DNA from: Sedimentisphaerales bacterium
GTDB taxonomy: Bacteria; Planctomycetota; Phycisphaerae; Sedimentisphaerales; Anaerobacaceae
Assembly: GCA_040772485.1 (NCBI GenBank)
Contig: JAXGYC010000007.1
Location: 32,001-96,000 of the forward strand
Length of the DNA: 64,000 nt
Direction of reading: 5' to 3'
Shown here in pieces: positions 1-10,205 of the stretch. The notes under the pieces are model-generated. The model searched no databases. It was not told the origin of the DNA and saw nothing but the letters and a program-made list of their open reading frames with translations. Both the position numbers and the translations under genes were made by a program. Every line of letters begins with the position of its first letter. Positions within the stretch are counted from its first letter, which is position 1.

Positions 1-510
1 CAGGCCGGTCGTCGGTTCGTCGAGGATCAACAGGTCGGGATCGTTGATCAGCGCCTGGGCCAGACCGATGCGGCGGGCCATGCCTTTGGAGTAGGTGCCG
101 ATCGGCCGGCTGGCCACCGCTTTGAGGCCGACCATCTCCAGCAGGGCCTCGATCCGCATCTTGCGGACCTTGGGAGCCAGCCCGAAGAGCCGCCCGTAGA
201 AATCGAGGGTCTCGCGGGCATTGAGAAACCGGTACAGATACGACTCCTCCGGAAGGAAGCCGATTCGCGTGTTGATCTTCGGGTCGGTGCCGTCGCCGCC
301 GAGCAGCAGCGCGTGACCTTTGGTCGGGTGCAGCAGGCCCAGCAGCATTTTGATCGTGGTCGTCTTGCCCGATCCGTTCGGTCCCAGCAGGCCGAAGACC
401 TCGTTGTGCCGAATCTGGAGATTGAGGTCGTCGACCGCGTAAACCTTGGCGCGGCCCCACCAGTCGGAAAAGACCTTCGTCAGCGAAATTGTCTCAACGG
501 CGTAATCCAT
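1..510 (-). CDS. ABC transporter ATP-binding protein (3' end runs off the window)
   Basis: Hand translation from the ATG at 510: [14 protein letters not shown]...[17 protein letters not shown] (Walker A), then YSKGM signature and LLILDEP (Walker B). Absent from the ORF track because it is truncated. Confidence 0.9.
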   Translation of the reverse strand, partial: MDYAVETISLTKVFSDWWGRAKVYAVDDLNLQIRHNEVFGLLGPNGSGKTTTIKMLLGLLHPTKGHALLLGGDGTDPKINTRIGFLPEESYLYRFLNARETLDFYGRLFGLAPKVRKMRIEALLEMVGLKAVASRPIGTYSKGMARRIGLAQALINDPDLLILDEPTTGL

Positions 511-566
511 AATCTACCGCACGCTATCCAAACAAACCATCAAGGGGCGGGACGGTCGCCGCCGCT

Positions 567-2513
567 TCACGCCTCCAACGAGGGCGATCCAACGGGATGT
601 GAATCGTGGTCGAGGTCTTCGCCGTACCGCACCAGCCGGGCACTGTTGAACACCACCACCAGCGAACTGGCAAAATGCAGGAACGCCGCTACGCTGGGCG
701 GGATGAACTTGGCCAGAGAGATGCCAAACACGATGAACGCAATGCCAAAACCCAGGTTCTGGTTGATGACCCGGCGGGTCCGGCGCGAAACCTGGACCAG
801 GAACGGGATGCGGCGCAGGTCGTTGTTCATCAGGGCGATAGAGGCCGAGTTGATCGCGACGTCGCTTCCGGCCGCTCCCATGGCGATGCCGAGATCGCCC
901 GCGGCCAGGGCCGGCGCATCGTTGATGCCGTCGCCGACCACGACGACCGTGTGCCCGTCTCGCTTGATCTGCTCGACAATGGCCAGCTTGTCCTGCGGCA
1001 GGCAGTGGGCCTTGTAGTCGGTGCAGCCCAGTTCGCCGGCGACGCGATTGGCGACTTCGCTGCGGTCGCCCGTGAGCATAGTCACCCGTTTGATGCCGAT
1101 GTCGACCAGTTCCTTGACCGCCCTCTGGGCCTCGGGACGCGTCTTGTCCTGGAGACCGATCCAGCCGATACACCGTGCGTTTTTGGCCACGTACAACGTG
1201 CTGAAGCCCTGCTCTTCATCCAGGGCAGGGTCGGTGATACCGGCAAAATCAACGCCGTTCTCCTTGAGAAACGTCTCCCGGCCGACCAGGATCCGCGACG
1301 AATTGACGGTCGCGGTAACACCCTTGCCCGGTGTTTCCTGGAAGCCTTCTGCCACCGGCAGCGACAGATTGGCCTCCTTGGCCACGTCGTGCAGGGCGCG
1401 GGCCGCCGGGTGCTTGCTCAACTGTTCCGCCGCCGCCGCTTCGGCCAGCAGCTCGGCCGGCTCGACCCCCTCGGCGGGCGTCAGCTTCGTCACGTAGAGC
1501 CGTCCGGTCGTGACGGTGCCCGTCTTGTCGAAGACCAGCGCCGTCATCTTGCCCGCGATCTCCAGATCGGCCACGTTCTTGACCAGTACGCCCAACCTTG
1601 CGGCGGCGGAAATCGCCGCGACCATCGCCGTCGGAGTCGCCAGAATGATCGCACAAGGGCAGGAGATGACCAGAATGGTGATCGCCTGGTTGATGTCCCG
1701 CGTGAAGAACAGCACGATCGCCGCGATCATCAGGATGGTCGGCACATACCACGTGATATAGCGGTCGATGATCCGCATGATCGGGATCTTCGTGTGCTCG
1801 GCCTGCATGATCAGCGACTGGACCTTGCCGAGAGTAGTGTCGTGGCCGGCCTTGGTGACCCGGATGTCCATCGCGCCGGTCAGGTTGTTCGTGCCGGCGA
1901 AGACCTGCATGCCCGGAACCTTGTCGACGGGCAGCGACTCGCCCGTGATCGTCGCTTCGTTGACGGAGCTCAGGCCGGTGGCCACCTCGCCATCGGCCGG
2001 GATGTTGTCACCCGGACGGACACGGATCAGGTCCCCCGGCTTCAGCGCGCTGACCTTGACCTCCTGTTCGACGCCGTCGACGCTGACGAGATTCGCCCTG
2101 GTCGGCGTCAATTTGATCAGCGACTCGATGGACGCACGCGCGCCCAGCGCGGTGCGGGTCTCGATCAGTTCGCTGAGCAGCATGAAGAAGCCGATCAGGC
2201 CGGCCGCCACATATTCGCCGGTGGCGAACGCCGCCACGATGCCCAGCGCCGCCAGCTCATCCATGTGCGATTCGCCTCGAATCAGGCTCAGGATCGCATG
2301 GACGACGATCGGCAGCCCCAGCAGCAGCGCGCCGAGCATGGCGAAGATCTCGGTGTTGAAGCTGTCGGGTCCGTAGATGAAGCGGCCGATGCCGCTGTTG
2401 ATCAGGAGGACCCCGCCCGCCAGAGTCCCCAACAGCGCGAGACTGACTCGCAGTTGCTGGCCTCGGGTCTCCTCGGCGGTGTCGTGCTGCAGGTGTAAAT
2501 GCTCATGAGCCAT
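567..2513 (-). CDS. Heavy-metal translocating P1B-type ATPase (ZntA/CadA-like)
   Basis: TGES, SCPC, DKTGT phosphorylation site, HP, GDGINDAPAL; His-rich N-terminus. Confidence 0.95.
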   Translation of the reverse strand: MAHEHLHLQHDTAEETRGQQLRVSLALLGTLAGGVLLINSGIGRFIYGPDSFNTEIFAMLGALLLGLPIVVHAILSLIRGESHMDELAALGIVAAFATGEYVAAGLIGFFMLLSELIETRTALGARASIESLIKLTPTRANLVSVDGVEQEVKVSALKPGDLIRVRPGDNIPADGEVATGLSSVNEATITGESLPVDKVPGMQVFAGTNNLTGAMDIRVTKAGHDTTLGKVQSLIMQAEHTKIPIMRIIDRYITWYVPTILMIAAIVLFFTRDINQAITILVISCPCAIILATPTAMVAAISAAARLGVLVKNVADLEIAGKMTALVFDKTGTVTTGRLYVTKLTPAEGVEPAELLAEAAAAEQLSKHPAARALHDVAKEANLSLPVAEGFQETPGKGVTATVNSSRILVGRETFLKENGVDFAGITDPALDEEQGFSTLYVAKNARCIGWIGLQDKTRPEAQRAVKELVDIGIKRVTMLTGDRSEVANRVAGELGCTDYKAHCLPQDKLAIVEQIKRDGHTVVVVGDGINDAPALAAGDLGIAMGAAGSDVAINSASIALMNNDLRRIPFLVQVSRRTRRVINQNLGFGIAFIVFGISLAKFIPPSVAAFLHFASSLVVVFNSARLVRYGEDLDHDSHPVGSPSLEA

Positions 2514-2549
2514 AGTTACGTTCTCGTCCTTTGACGGGAGTGCGACGGT

Positions 2550-3893
2550 CTATCTCATCGTCGGTGTCGGTTCCGTTGCCTTGGGTTTGAGGGTGGGGTC
2601 CCGGTTGATCAGAATGCGGACCTCCCGCCCCTGGGCAATCTCGGTCGGGTCCAGAATGAACTTCTCGTCGGCGTCGTCGAGCACTTTCTGGATCGCATCG
2701 AAGTAGATCCCCTGGGCTACCAGCTCGGGCCACTTTCGATACTCGGGCAGGAGGCTGGTCAGGTAGGTGGCGCTGGCCTTGGCGTCTTCGACCACCTTGG
2801 TTCGATAGGCCTGGGCCTGGGCAACGGTGTTCTGTGCCCGGCCGGCCACCTGCGACCACAGGGTCTCCAACTGATCCTCCGGCGTGTCGGAGGCCATCAG
2901 GGCGCGGTACAGCGATTCGGCCACCTGTCCGGCGGCATCGGTCAGCGTCTGCTCGGCGTAATTTCTCGCATCGCTGATCGCCAGGCCGCTCTTCTGGCTG
3001 GCGGCGATGTAAGCCTGAAAGGCGGCGTCCACCTGCTGCGGCCACGTGGCCGCCACGAGCTGGACCTTGGTCACGCGGATGCCGCTGTCGATGGCGTCGA
3101 GCTTCTGCTGAGTGAGTTGTTCGACGTGACGCGGAATGGTGTCGGTGCTCTGAAGCGCTTCATCGATGGTGTATTGGACCATGGCCGTGACCACCGAGTC
3201 CTCGACCACGCTCTTGAGCAACGGCGTGATCGACTCCTTCATGATGTCGAAATAGATCTGCCCGGGCCTGGCCGCCGGAACGTAAGCATTCGTGTAAAAC
3301 TGTTCGATGTTGCCGATCTGGTAATCGATCTTCCACTGCGTATGAACGATGCTGTAGTCGCTGCCTTCGCTGTCGGCGGCCCCCCGGCCGGAAATGCCCT
3401 GTGCAACGACCGCGCGGACTTCGTCCGTCCGGCTCCGGGTAAGGCTGTATCCTTCGGTCAGCGGGTTGAGCTTCTCCGGCACGAGATTGCGCGGCTTGGG
3501 CCCTTCGCCAAGGATGTCGTTGCGCGTCTGCTTGTACCAGAACGAGGTGATGGGCAGGCTGATCTGCGCCTCGACCGGAATCTTGACCAGCTCATCGATG
3601 GGATAGGGGAAAACCCAGTGCCAGCCGGGCCCCAGGACGCGCTCTTCGCCTACGCCGCGAATGGCGCCGAAGCGCAGGACCATCGCCTTCTCCCCGGAGT
3701 CGACCGTCTTGAAGCCCGAGATCAGAAAGGCAATGACCAGCACGATCATGATGATCTTGAGAATGAAGAAGCTCAGCCGCAGCGCATCGGAGAGCGACTT
3801 TCCCGCCGCATCCAGCTCGCGCGTCGGCGCCGTGTCGTGCTCGTGCGGCTCATCGTGGCTGTGCCCATGTGCGTGTTCGTGTCTATGTGCCAT
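2550..3893 (-). CDS. SPFH/band-7 protein, HflK-like, with His-rich N-terminus
   Basis: One TM helix, VLRFG...PGWHWVFPYPID, PQQVDAAF, AQAY coiled-coil. Confidence 0.85.
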   Translation of the reverse strand: MAHRHEHAHGHSHDEPHEHDTAPTRELDAAGKSLSDALRLSFFILKIIMIVLVIAFLISGFKTVDSGEKAMVLRFGAIRGVGEERVLGPGWHWVFPYPIDELVKIPVEAQISLPITSFWYKQTRNDILGEGPKPRNLVPEKLNPLTEGYSLTRSRTDEVRAVVAQGISGRGAADSEGSDYSIVHTQWKIDYQIGNIEQFYTNAYVPAARPGQIYFDIMKESITPLLKSVVEDSVVTAMVQYTIDEALQSTDTIPRHVEQLTQQKLDAIDSGIRVTKVQLVAATWPQQVDAAFQAYIAASQKSGLAISDARNYAEQTLTDAAGQVAESLYRALMASDTPEDQLETLWSQVAGRAQNTVAQAQAYRTKVVEDAKASATYLTSLLPEYRKWPELVAQGIYFDAIQKVLDDADEKFILDPTEIAQGREVRILINRDPTLKPKATEPTPTMR

Positions 3894-3938
3894 ACATCCT
3901 CAGAGACAAACGCAGTGAACGATGCGTCCGGCGTCGGG

Positions 3939-4835
3939 TCAATTCGACGATTCCAGCGACGGCCTTTCCCGAAGGTACTTGAACGGCTCGACGTCGCTCG
4001 GGATGACGATCGTTGAATTCTCGCCCAGCGCCTGCAACGCCTCAAGGTTACGCAGGAACATGGCCAGTTCCGGCGCCTCTTGCAGCATCTTGTAGTACTG
4101 GGCGGCCTCGGCGTCACCTCGGCCGCGGATCGCCTTGGCCCGTCCTTCGGCCGCCGCCAGCAACGCCGTTCTCTTGACGTCCGCATCGGTCCGGATCGTG
4201 GTGGCTGCCGCGTTGCCTTGCGCAATGGTCGCCTCGGTCCGGCGGCGACGCTCGGCCCGCATCCGCTCGAAGACGTCCTTCGTGACGTCCTCGCTGATCT
4301 TGAGCTGCTTGATCCCGAGCGTCTTGATCTCGATGCCGTAATCGTTTCGCACCGGCTCCTGAAGGTCTTTGAGCATCTCCACCTGAATGTCGGCGAGCTT
4401 GATCTTCTCGGGATCGCTGTTGACGAACTCGCTGAAGGTATGCTGGCCGATCACGCGGTTCTGGGCGTTGTTGAGCCGATACCGAATGGCGTCGTTGGCG
4501 TCGGCGACCGTGCCCACGGCGTTGAGGAACTTCAGCGGCTCGGCCACCCGCCAGACGACGTACGTCGTCACGATGATGGAGATCTGCTCTCTCGTCGTGG
4601 TCTCAGCCGGCGGGACATCGAGGACCCTCATGCGCGAGTCGAACCGGTGGACGCGTTCGATCGGTGCGGGCCACTTGAAGTACAGGCCGGGCCTGGTGAT
4701 CTCGCGGTCTTCCAGCGGCTTGCCGAATCGCGTGATGAAGGCGGACTCCGTCTCGCGGACCTGAAACGAAACGAGATAGAGCGCCATGATGGCGAAGATG
4801 ACGGCAATCAGTACGGGAATGGCGATCTTCTTCAT
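3939..4835 (-). CDS. hflC: Protease modulator HflC (SPFH)
   Basis: TRFGKP, PGLYFKWPAPI, VFERMRAER, GRGDAEAA, FLRNLEA. Confidence 0.85.
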   Translation of the reverse strand: MKKIAIPVLIAVIFAIMALYLVSFQVRETESAFITRFGKPLEDREITRPGLYFKWPAPIERVHRFDSRMRVLDVPPAETTTREQISIIVTTYVVWRVAEPLKFLNAVGTVADANDAIRYRLNNAQNRVIGQHTFSEFVNSDPEKIKLADIQVEMLKDLQEPVRNDYGIEIKTLGIKQLKISEDVTKDVFERMRAERRRRTEATIAQGNAAATTIRTDADVKRTALLAAAEGRAKAIRGRGDAEAAQYYKMLQEAPELAMFLRNLEALQALGENSTIVIPSDVEPFKYLRERPSLESSN

Positions 4836-6904
4836 TATCGGATAGTCTCCTCTAAGCCCGTCATGTCCAACAGATTGGTCGGCGGTTTGTCCTGAAGGTC
4901 CATGATGATGACCTGCCGGTCGTTGGGATCGACAGCGATGATGTATTTGCGCACGTCGGGCAGCACCTCTTCCAGCGCCGCCAGACGTTGCTCCTGCAGG
5001 TAAATGTCCGGGGCCGCCCGGTAGGCAGCGACCTGCCCGGCGAACCGCTCGCCTGTTGCACGGGCCAGCGTGGCTTTCTCAAAGGCATAGCTCTGGGCCT
5101 CTCGCAGGGTCTGGAAGATGCCCCCTTTGGCCTGCGCCAGCGCCTCGTCGAACTGTTTGCCCAGCCGCTCGACGTCTTCGGCGCGTCCCTCCGTTTGGGC
5201 CTTCTGGTACTGCGTCGCCAGGTCGGCCAGCTCGTAGGCCTTCTCCACCGAGCCGACCAGCGTGCTCAGGATTGCGTTTCGGTCCGCCTCGGCGTTAAGG
5301 ACGAGGGCGTACTTCTTTTGAACGGCGCCGATGACCGCTTGATAGTCCGGCGCCACCTCGGGCGGCGGGTGGATGCCCTGCACACCCAGGAACACCACCT
5401 CGATGCCCAGCCCCTGGCCGTCGGCGGCCTTCTGAATCCTATCGGTAAGGATCTCTTTGGCCTTGGTTCGACCGGCGCCCAGAAGGCTCTCGCTGGCTGC
5501 CTGGCCCGAGTCGCCGACATCGACCTCAATCCCGGCACCGGCCGCAAAATGTGTGAGTTCGCGGTAGGCAATGTCCTCCAGCAATCTCGCCGGGTCGCTG
5601 TGTCCATAGATGTATGCGTAAAGGTCCTTGATGCGATACTGGATCGGGATGTTCGCCTTCACCAGGCTGACCGGCACCGCCCCCTCTCCCAGCGCCTCGC
5701 CGGTCTGTTCGCTGGCGACCAGGAAGCTGAACTCGCTCTCGTAATGGGTCTGGCCCCACAGAAGCGAAGGTTCCGTCAGCACTCGGCCCGTCTTGGGGTC
5801 GGTCTTGGGAACGTATCCGACATGGATTTCCAGAATCTGCTTGGTGGGATACTTGTAGGCGATGTCGATCGGCCAAGGCAGCTTGAGGTGAAGTCCCGGC
5901 TTGAAATCGCGAACCTGCCCGTCGCCGGTCAGCGGATTGCCGAACCGCTCTACGATCGCCTCCTCGTTGGGCAACACCACGACGATGCAACTGGCCAGAT
6001 ACAGGGTCAGCGCCGAGAACAAAATCAGAGGCACGACCGCCTTCTCCAGGAGCTTGTAGAACCACGTCTGAGAAACCTGGAAGCCGAACTGGTAGTCGAT
6101 CGCGGCCGCCAGACTGCGGAAGACGCCCCCAGGCTCGTTGATGATGCCGAGCAGGCGGCTGTCGAACGCCGCCCGGCTGTACTGGCCTTTCAACCGCGGC
6201 CGGTAGATATCCAGCACCGTGTTCAAAGCCGTCTCAGCGCCCAGCAGGATCAGCAGGATCGGCACCACGTAGCCCACGACCAACAGCGGGACGTGAAACT
6301 GGAAGTGCGTGCCGGCCAGGCACAAGGCCAGGGCAAAGCACACCACCGCGATGCCAAGCAGGTAGCTGCCGCCCGCCCGCAGCGGCTTCCAGGCCGGCTC
6401 GGCGGACATTCCCGTGGCGTATCGCGACAGCAGAAAACTGACGAACGCCACCACGGTCATCAGGATGGCACAGACCAGCGGCTGCTGCGTCGTCGATGGA
6501 GCTCGGCCGAGACTGCGGAGCAGATACAGGCCCAACGCAATCTCATAGACCGCGATGAGCACGCCGAAGATGGGGATGAACCACCTCTCCAGCAGGTCGA
6601 GGCGGCGCTGGGCGGCCGCAAACAAGGTGGCCCGTTCCCCCTTGCCTTCGAACAGGGTCGAGCCGCTCTTGTCCTGGGCCAACTGCGTCATGTCCAGACG
6701 TTCTTGCTCGGCCAGGCCTCGCTGGTGAAACTGGATGGCCAGAACCAGCCAGATCAGCGCCGCGCCGAGGATCTGCCAGGCCACGGCCGAGACCGCGAAG
6801 TACCCGCTCCAGCGACCGAGAAAGAAGGTGATGCCAAAGAAGACCAGGCTTAAGACCAGGCAAGCCCAAGCCACGTGTTCGGGACGTTTGGACGATGCTG
6901 TCAT
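4835..6904 (-). CDS. HflK-like SPFH protein with multi-TM N-terminal extension
   Basis: About 7 hydrophobic segments, then VERFG..PGLHLKLPWPID, IHPPPEVA; 1-nt overlap with the hflC start. Confidence 0.85.
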   Translation of the reverse strand: MTASSKRPEHVAWACLVLSLVFFGITFFLGRWSGYFAVSAVAWQILGAALIWLVLAIQFHQRGLAEQERLDMTQLAQDKSGSTLFEGKGERATLFAAAQRRLDLLERWFIPIFGVLIAVYEIALGLYLLRSLGRAPSTTQQPLVCAILMTVVAFVSFLLSRYATGMSAEPAWKPLRAGGSYLLGIAVVCFALALCLAGTHFQFHVPLLVVGYVVPILLILLGAETALNTVLDIYRPRLKGQYSRAAFDSRLLGIINEPGGVFRSLAAAIDYQFGFQVSQTWFYKLLEKAVVPLILFSALTLYLASCIVVVLPNEEAIVERFGNPLTGDGQVRDFKPGLHLKLPWPIDIAYKYPTKQILEIHVGYVPKTDPKTGRVLTEPSLLWGQTHYESEFSFLVASEQTGEALGEGAVPVSLVKANIPIQYRIKDLYAYIYGHSDPARLLEDIAYRELTHFAAGAGIEVDVGDSGQAASESLLGAGRTKAKEILTDRIQKAADGQGLGIEVVFLGVQGIHPPPEVAPDYQAVIGAVQKKYALVLNAEADRNAILSTLVGSVEKAYELADLATQYQKAQTEGRAEDVERLGKQFDEALAQAKGGIFQTLREAQSYAFEKATLARATGERFAGQVAAYRAAPDIYLQEQRLAALEEVLPDVRKYIIAVDPNDRQVIIMDLQDKPPTNLLDMTGLEETIR

Positions 6905-7107
6905 TTTGCGCTTCGGCTCCCGACGACGAACAAAAATCCGCTGTGCCAGTATCTACTCATCGAAGACCTTCGCCCTTTACAAACAAGAGGCTGGGTACTA
7001 TAACCCGGAATCTCAGTGTCGTGTAGTGACAATCACGAAAAAATGTGCCCCCACGTGCCGGCCGACGGAAAGACATGGACGGATGCGTGAAAACGTCAGG
7101 ACCACAC

Positions 7108-8073
7108 ATGCTCAATAAGCTCGCTGCCATCGCTCGGAACACGTTCGTCGAAACCATTCGCCAGCCCGTGTACGCCGTCATCATTGGGGTCGCCCTTCTG
7201 TTGTTTTTGCTCAGCCCGTCCCTGTCCATGTATACCATGGACGACGACAACAAGCTCTTACGCGAGATAGGCTTGTCTACGCTGTTTCTGGCCAGCTTGT
7301 TCGTGGCAATCTTCTCCGCCTCGGGCGCGGTGGCGGTCGAGCTGGAAAACAAGACGATCCTGACCGTGCTGACCAAGCCGGTTCAGCGTCCCCTGTTCGT
7401 GGCAGCCAAGTTCCTCGGCGTGGTTGCGGCGGTCGGCGTCGCGCACTACGTCTGCACCATCGCCCTGCTCATGTCGATCCGGCACGGGGTGCTCGAGACC
7501 GCCTCCGACACGCACGACTGGACCGTCGTCGGCGCCGCGGCGGTGATCGCGGTGGCCACCATCCTGCTGAGCACCTTCTTCAATTACACGTATGACTGGA
7601 AGTTCACCTCGACGGCGGTGATCGTCCTGGCCATACTCGCCACGTTCGGCATGATCTTTCTCGCGTTCATCGATCGCGACTGGCAGTTCAATCCGGCCAA
7701 GAACGGGATCAACGCGCTGGACGTGTACGGCTCGATCCTGCTGTTTCTGGCGGCCGTCATCATCGCCGCTTTGGCCGTGGCGATCTCGTCCCGCTTCAAC
7801 ACAGTGGTGACCCTCTCGGCGTGCGTCGGTCTGTTCCTTCTGGGACTGACCAGCGATTACATCTTCGGCCGCTTCGCCGCAACCCATCTGTGGGCCAGAA
7901 TCGGTCGCTTCCTCGTGCCCAACCTCCAGGTCTTCTGGATCAGCGACGCGATCTACGAGGGCAGCGCCGTCCCGGCCAAGTACATCCTCGTCGGCGGCCT
8001 GTACGCTCTATGCTACGCCACCGGCATCCTCGCCTTGGCCGTGGCGCTGTTCCAGAGACGCCAGGTCGGCTGA
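7108..8073 (+). CDS. ABC-2 type transporter permease
   Basis: IARNTFVETIRQP, ELENKTILTVLTKPV..KFLG motif; multiple TM helices; start re-set to the ATG at 7108. Confidence 0.8.
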   Translation: MLNKLAAIARNTFVETIRQPVYAVIIGVALLLFLLSPSLSMYTMDDDNKLLREIGLSTLFLASLFVAIFSASGAVAVELENKTILTVLTKPVQRPLFVAAKFLGVVAAVGVAHYVCTIALLMSIRHGVLETASDTHDWTVVGAAAVIAVATILLSTFFNYTYDWKFTSTAVIVLAILATFGMIFLAFIDRDWQFNPAKNGINALDVYGSILLFLAAVIIAALAVAISSRFNTVVTLSACVGLFLLGLTSDYIFGRFAATHLWARIGRFLVPNLQVFWISDAIYEGSAVPAKYILVGGLYALCYATGILALAVALFQRRQVG

Positions 8074-8088
8074 AAAGAAAGACCGCCC

Positions 8089-8553
8089 TCAGGACCCATT
8101 GGCCAGCGATCTGGCCACCGCGATTTCGTCGCATTCCTGCTGTTTCGGACACCGGGCACAATCGCTCCAGACCTTCATGGGAAGATCCTCTTTGGGTACG
8201 ACGGCGAATCCGATGCGCTCGAAGAACCGCGGCTCCAGCGTCAACGCGAAAACGCGAGGCACGCCGAGGTCTCTGGCCTGCTCGACCATAGCCTCGACCA
8301 GAGCCCGTCCGAGTCCCTGGCCCTTGTGGGCCGGCGCCACCGCCAACGACTTGATCTCCGCCAGGTCCGACCAGATGATCTCCAGAGCGCAGCAGCCGAC
8401 CACCGTATCGTCCTCCTCCGCCACCAGGAACATCTGGAGGTTCTCATAGATCTCCGCCAGCGAGCGGAAGAGCATCTTGTCGTGCTCGGCGTAACAGTTG
8501 ATCAGGGCAGAGATCGCCCGGGCATCCGGAATCTTCGCGTTTCGCACTTTCAT
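8089..8553 (-). CDS. argA: GNAT N-acetyltransferase, short N-acetylglutamate synthase type
   Basis: LAEIKSLAV..KGQGLG, VFALT, KVWSDCARCPK..CDE; ATG at 8553. Confidence 0.8.
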   Translation of the reverse strand: MKVRNAKIPDARAISALINCYAEHDKMLFRSLAEIYENLQMFLVAEEDDTVVGCCALEIIWSDLAEIKSLAVAPAHKGQGLGRALVEAMVEQARDLGVPRVFALTLEPRFFERIGFAVVPKEDLPMKVWSDCARCPKQQECDEIAVARSLANGS

Positions 8554-8701
8554 ATGGCCGCGCAGTATACCGACCGGGCGGTTTTCCTGCAACGGCGATT
8601 CCGCGATGCCCGACCGTACGCAAAAAACCGAAAAAAGGACTGGCAAAAGCGTTCGAGGCTACTACAATAGCGCGGATTTGGGGCCGGATGGCGTTAGTGG
8701 A

Positions 8702-9175
8702 ATGAAATTCGTACTGATTGACAAGATCGTGTCGTTGGAGACGGGGCGCCGTCTTAGTGCGGTCAAGAACGTGTCGCTGGCGGAAGAGTATCTGGCCGAT
8801 CACTTTCCCACGTTTCCTGTCTTGCCCGGCGTGTTGTTGCTGGAAGGGCTGGTAGAGTCGGCCGGCTGGCTCGTGCGGACGAAGGAAGACTTCGCCCACA
8901 GCATGGTGTTGCTGGAACTGGCACGCAACGTCAAGTACAAGAGCTTCCTGGCTCCCGGCTCCCAGGTGGTGTACACCGTGGAAGCCAGGACCATCGAGGA
9001 ACGCGTCAGCAGCTTCACCGGCTCCGGCACGGTCGACGGCATGACGATCCTGGAGGCCCGATTCGGTCTGAGGCACTTCAACCTGGCCGAGCGGAATCCC
9101 GCGTGGGCCGCGGTCGACGCCCAGATCAAGGAAGAGATGAAGAATCGATACAGGCTGCTGTCTGTGCAGAACTGA
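8702..9175 (+). CDS. 3-hydroxyacyl-ACP dehydratase, FabZ/FabA family
   Basis: KNVSLAEEYLADHFPTFPVLPGVLLLE; ATG at 8702. Confidence 0.88.
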   Translation: MKFVLIDKIVSLETGRRLSAVKNVSLAEEYLADHFPTFPVLPGVLLLEGLVESAGWLVRTKEDFAHSMVLLELARNVKYKSFLAPGSQVVYTVEARTIEERVSSFTGSGTVDGMTILEARFGLRHFNLAERNPAWAAVDAQIKEEMKNRYRLLSVQN

Positions 9176-9234
9176 ACCACGCGTGTAACGAAACGGATTT
9201 TGACAGGATTGCAGGACCGGAGGTACCAGAAGCC

Positions 9235-9630
9235 ATGGCGATGAGTCGCGACGAGATTTTTCAGAAGGTCCAGGAGGTGTTGGTCGATGCCTTGGGGGCG
9301 GACGAGGAGGAGGTCACTGCCGATGCCACGCTCATGGGGGATCTCGGCGCCGAGAGCATCGATTTCCTGGATATCGTGTTTCGCCTGGAGAAGGCGTTTG
9401 GGATCAAGGTGCCGCGAGAGGAGCTGTTTCCTGCGGAGAGCCTGCTGAACAATCCCGAACTCGTCAGCAACGGCAAACTGACGGCCCAAGGCCTGGCAGA
9501 GCTGCGAGCCAGCGTACCCCACACCGATCTGACCGAGTTCGAAAAGAACCCGGACATCAACAAGCTGGCCAATCTGTTCACCGTCAATGCCATCGTCAAT
9601 TACATCGACGGCAAGATCAACGGCGCCTGA
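9235..9630 (+). CDS. Acyl carrier protein, long form (131 aa)
   Basis: DLGAESIDFLDIVFRLEKAFGI; GGAGG upstream of the ATG at 9235. Confidence 0.88.
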   Translation: MAMSRDEIFQKVQEVLVDALGADEEEVTADATLMGDLGAESIDFLDIVFRLEKAFGIKVPREELFPAESLLNNPELVSNGKLTAQGLAELRASVPHTDLTEFEKNPDINKLANLFTVNAIVNYIDGKINGA

Positions 9631-9701
9631 GCCGCAGACGTCTCCGGCACAACGGACCGCCGCAGGACCGCCCGGGCGCGCCCGGCGGGTGTAGGTCGCT
9701 C

Positions 9702-10205
9702 ATGCGTTGGATCTGGATCGACAAATTTCTGGAGTTCGAGAGTGGTCGTCGTGCCGTCGCGGTCAAGAACGTGACGCTGGCCGAAGAGCACCTGCACGAC
9801 CACTTTCCGGGTTTTCCGATCATGCCGGAGTGCCTGATGATCGAGGCGATGGCGCAGACGGCCGGAATCCTCGTCGGCCAGGCGAACGACTTTCGCGAGA
9901 AGGTCGTTCTGGCCAAGATCAGCAAGGTCGTCTTCCACGATTTCGTCCGGCCGGGCGACAGCCTGCGGATCGAGGCACAGATCAGCTCGCTGGCGCCGGA
10001 AGCCGCCGGCACCACCGGCCGGATCCTGCGCGACGCGCAGCTCATCGCGGAGATCGACCTGATGTTCAGCCACATCGACCAGAACTTGGCGGGCAAGAAA
10101 TTCCCCGAGGAGAACTTCGTCTTCACCGGGTTGTTCACGTCCCTGTTGCGTGACATCATTTCGGAAGCGGCCGCCACGACCGCCTTGCCGGCGGAGTCAA
10201 GCTGA
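9702..10205 (+). CDS. 3-hydroxyacyl-ACP dehydratase, FabZ family
   Basis: KNVTLAEEHLHDHFPGFPIMPECLMIEAMAQ. Confidence 0.88.
   Translation: MRWIWIDKFLEFESGRRAVAVKNVTLAEEHLHDHFPGFPIMPECLMIEAMAQTAGILVGQANDFREKVVLAKISKVVFHDFVRPGDSLRIEAQISSLAPEAAGTTGRILRDAQLIAEIDLMFSHIDQNLAGKKFPEENFVFTGLFTSLLRDIISEAAATTALPAESS

Noticed and set aside
606..2498. Long antisense ORFs (also 9617-11692, 16008-18731, 48106-51192, 55923-58691)
   Set aside because: Shadow frames of real genes in high-GC DNA, with no motifs
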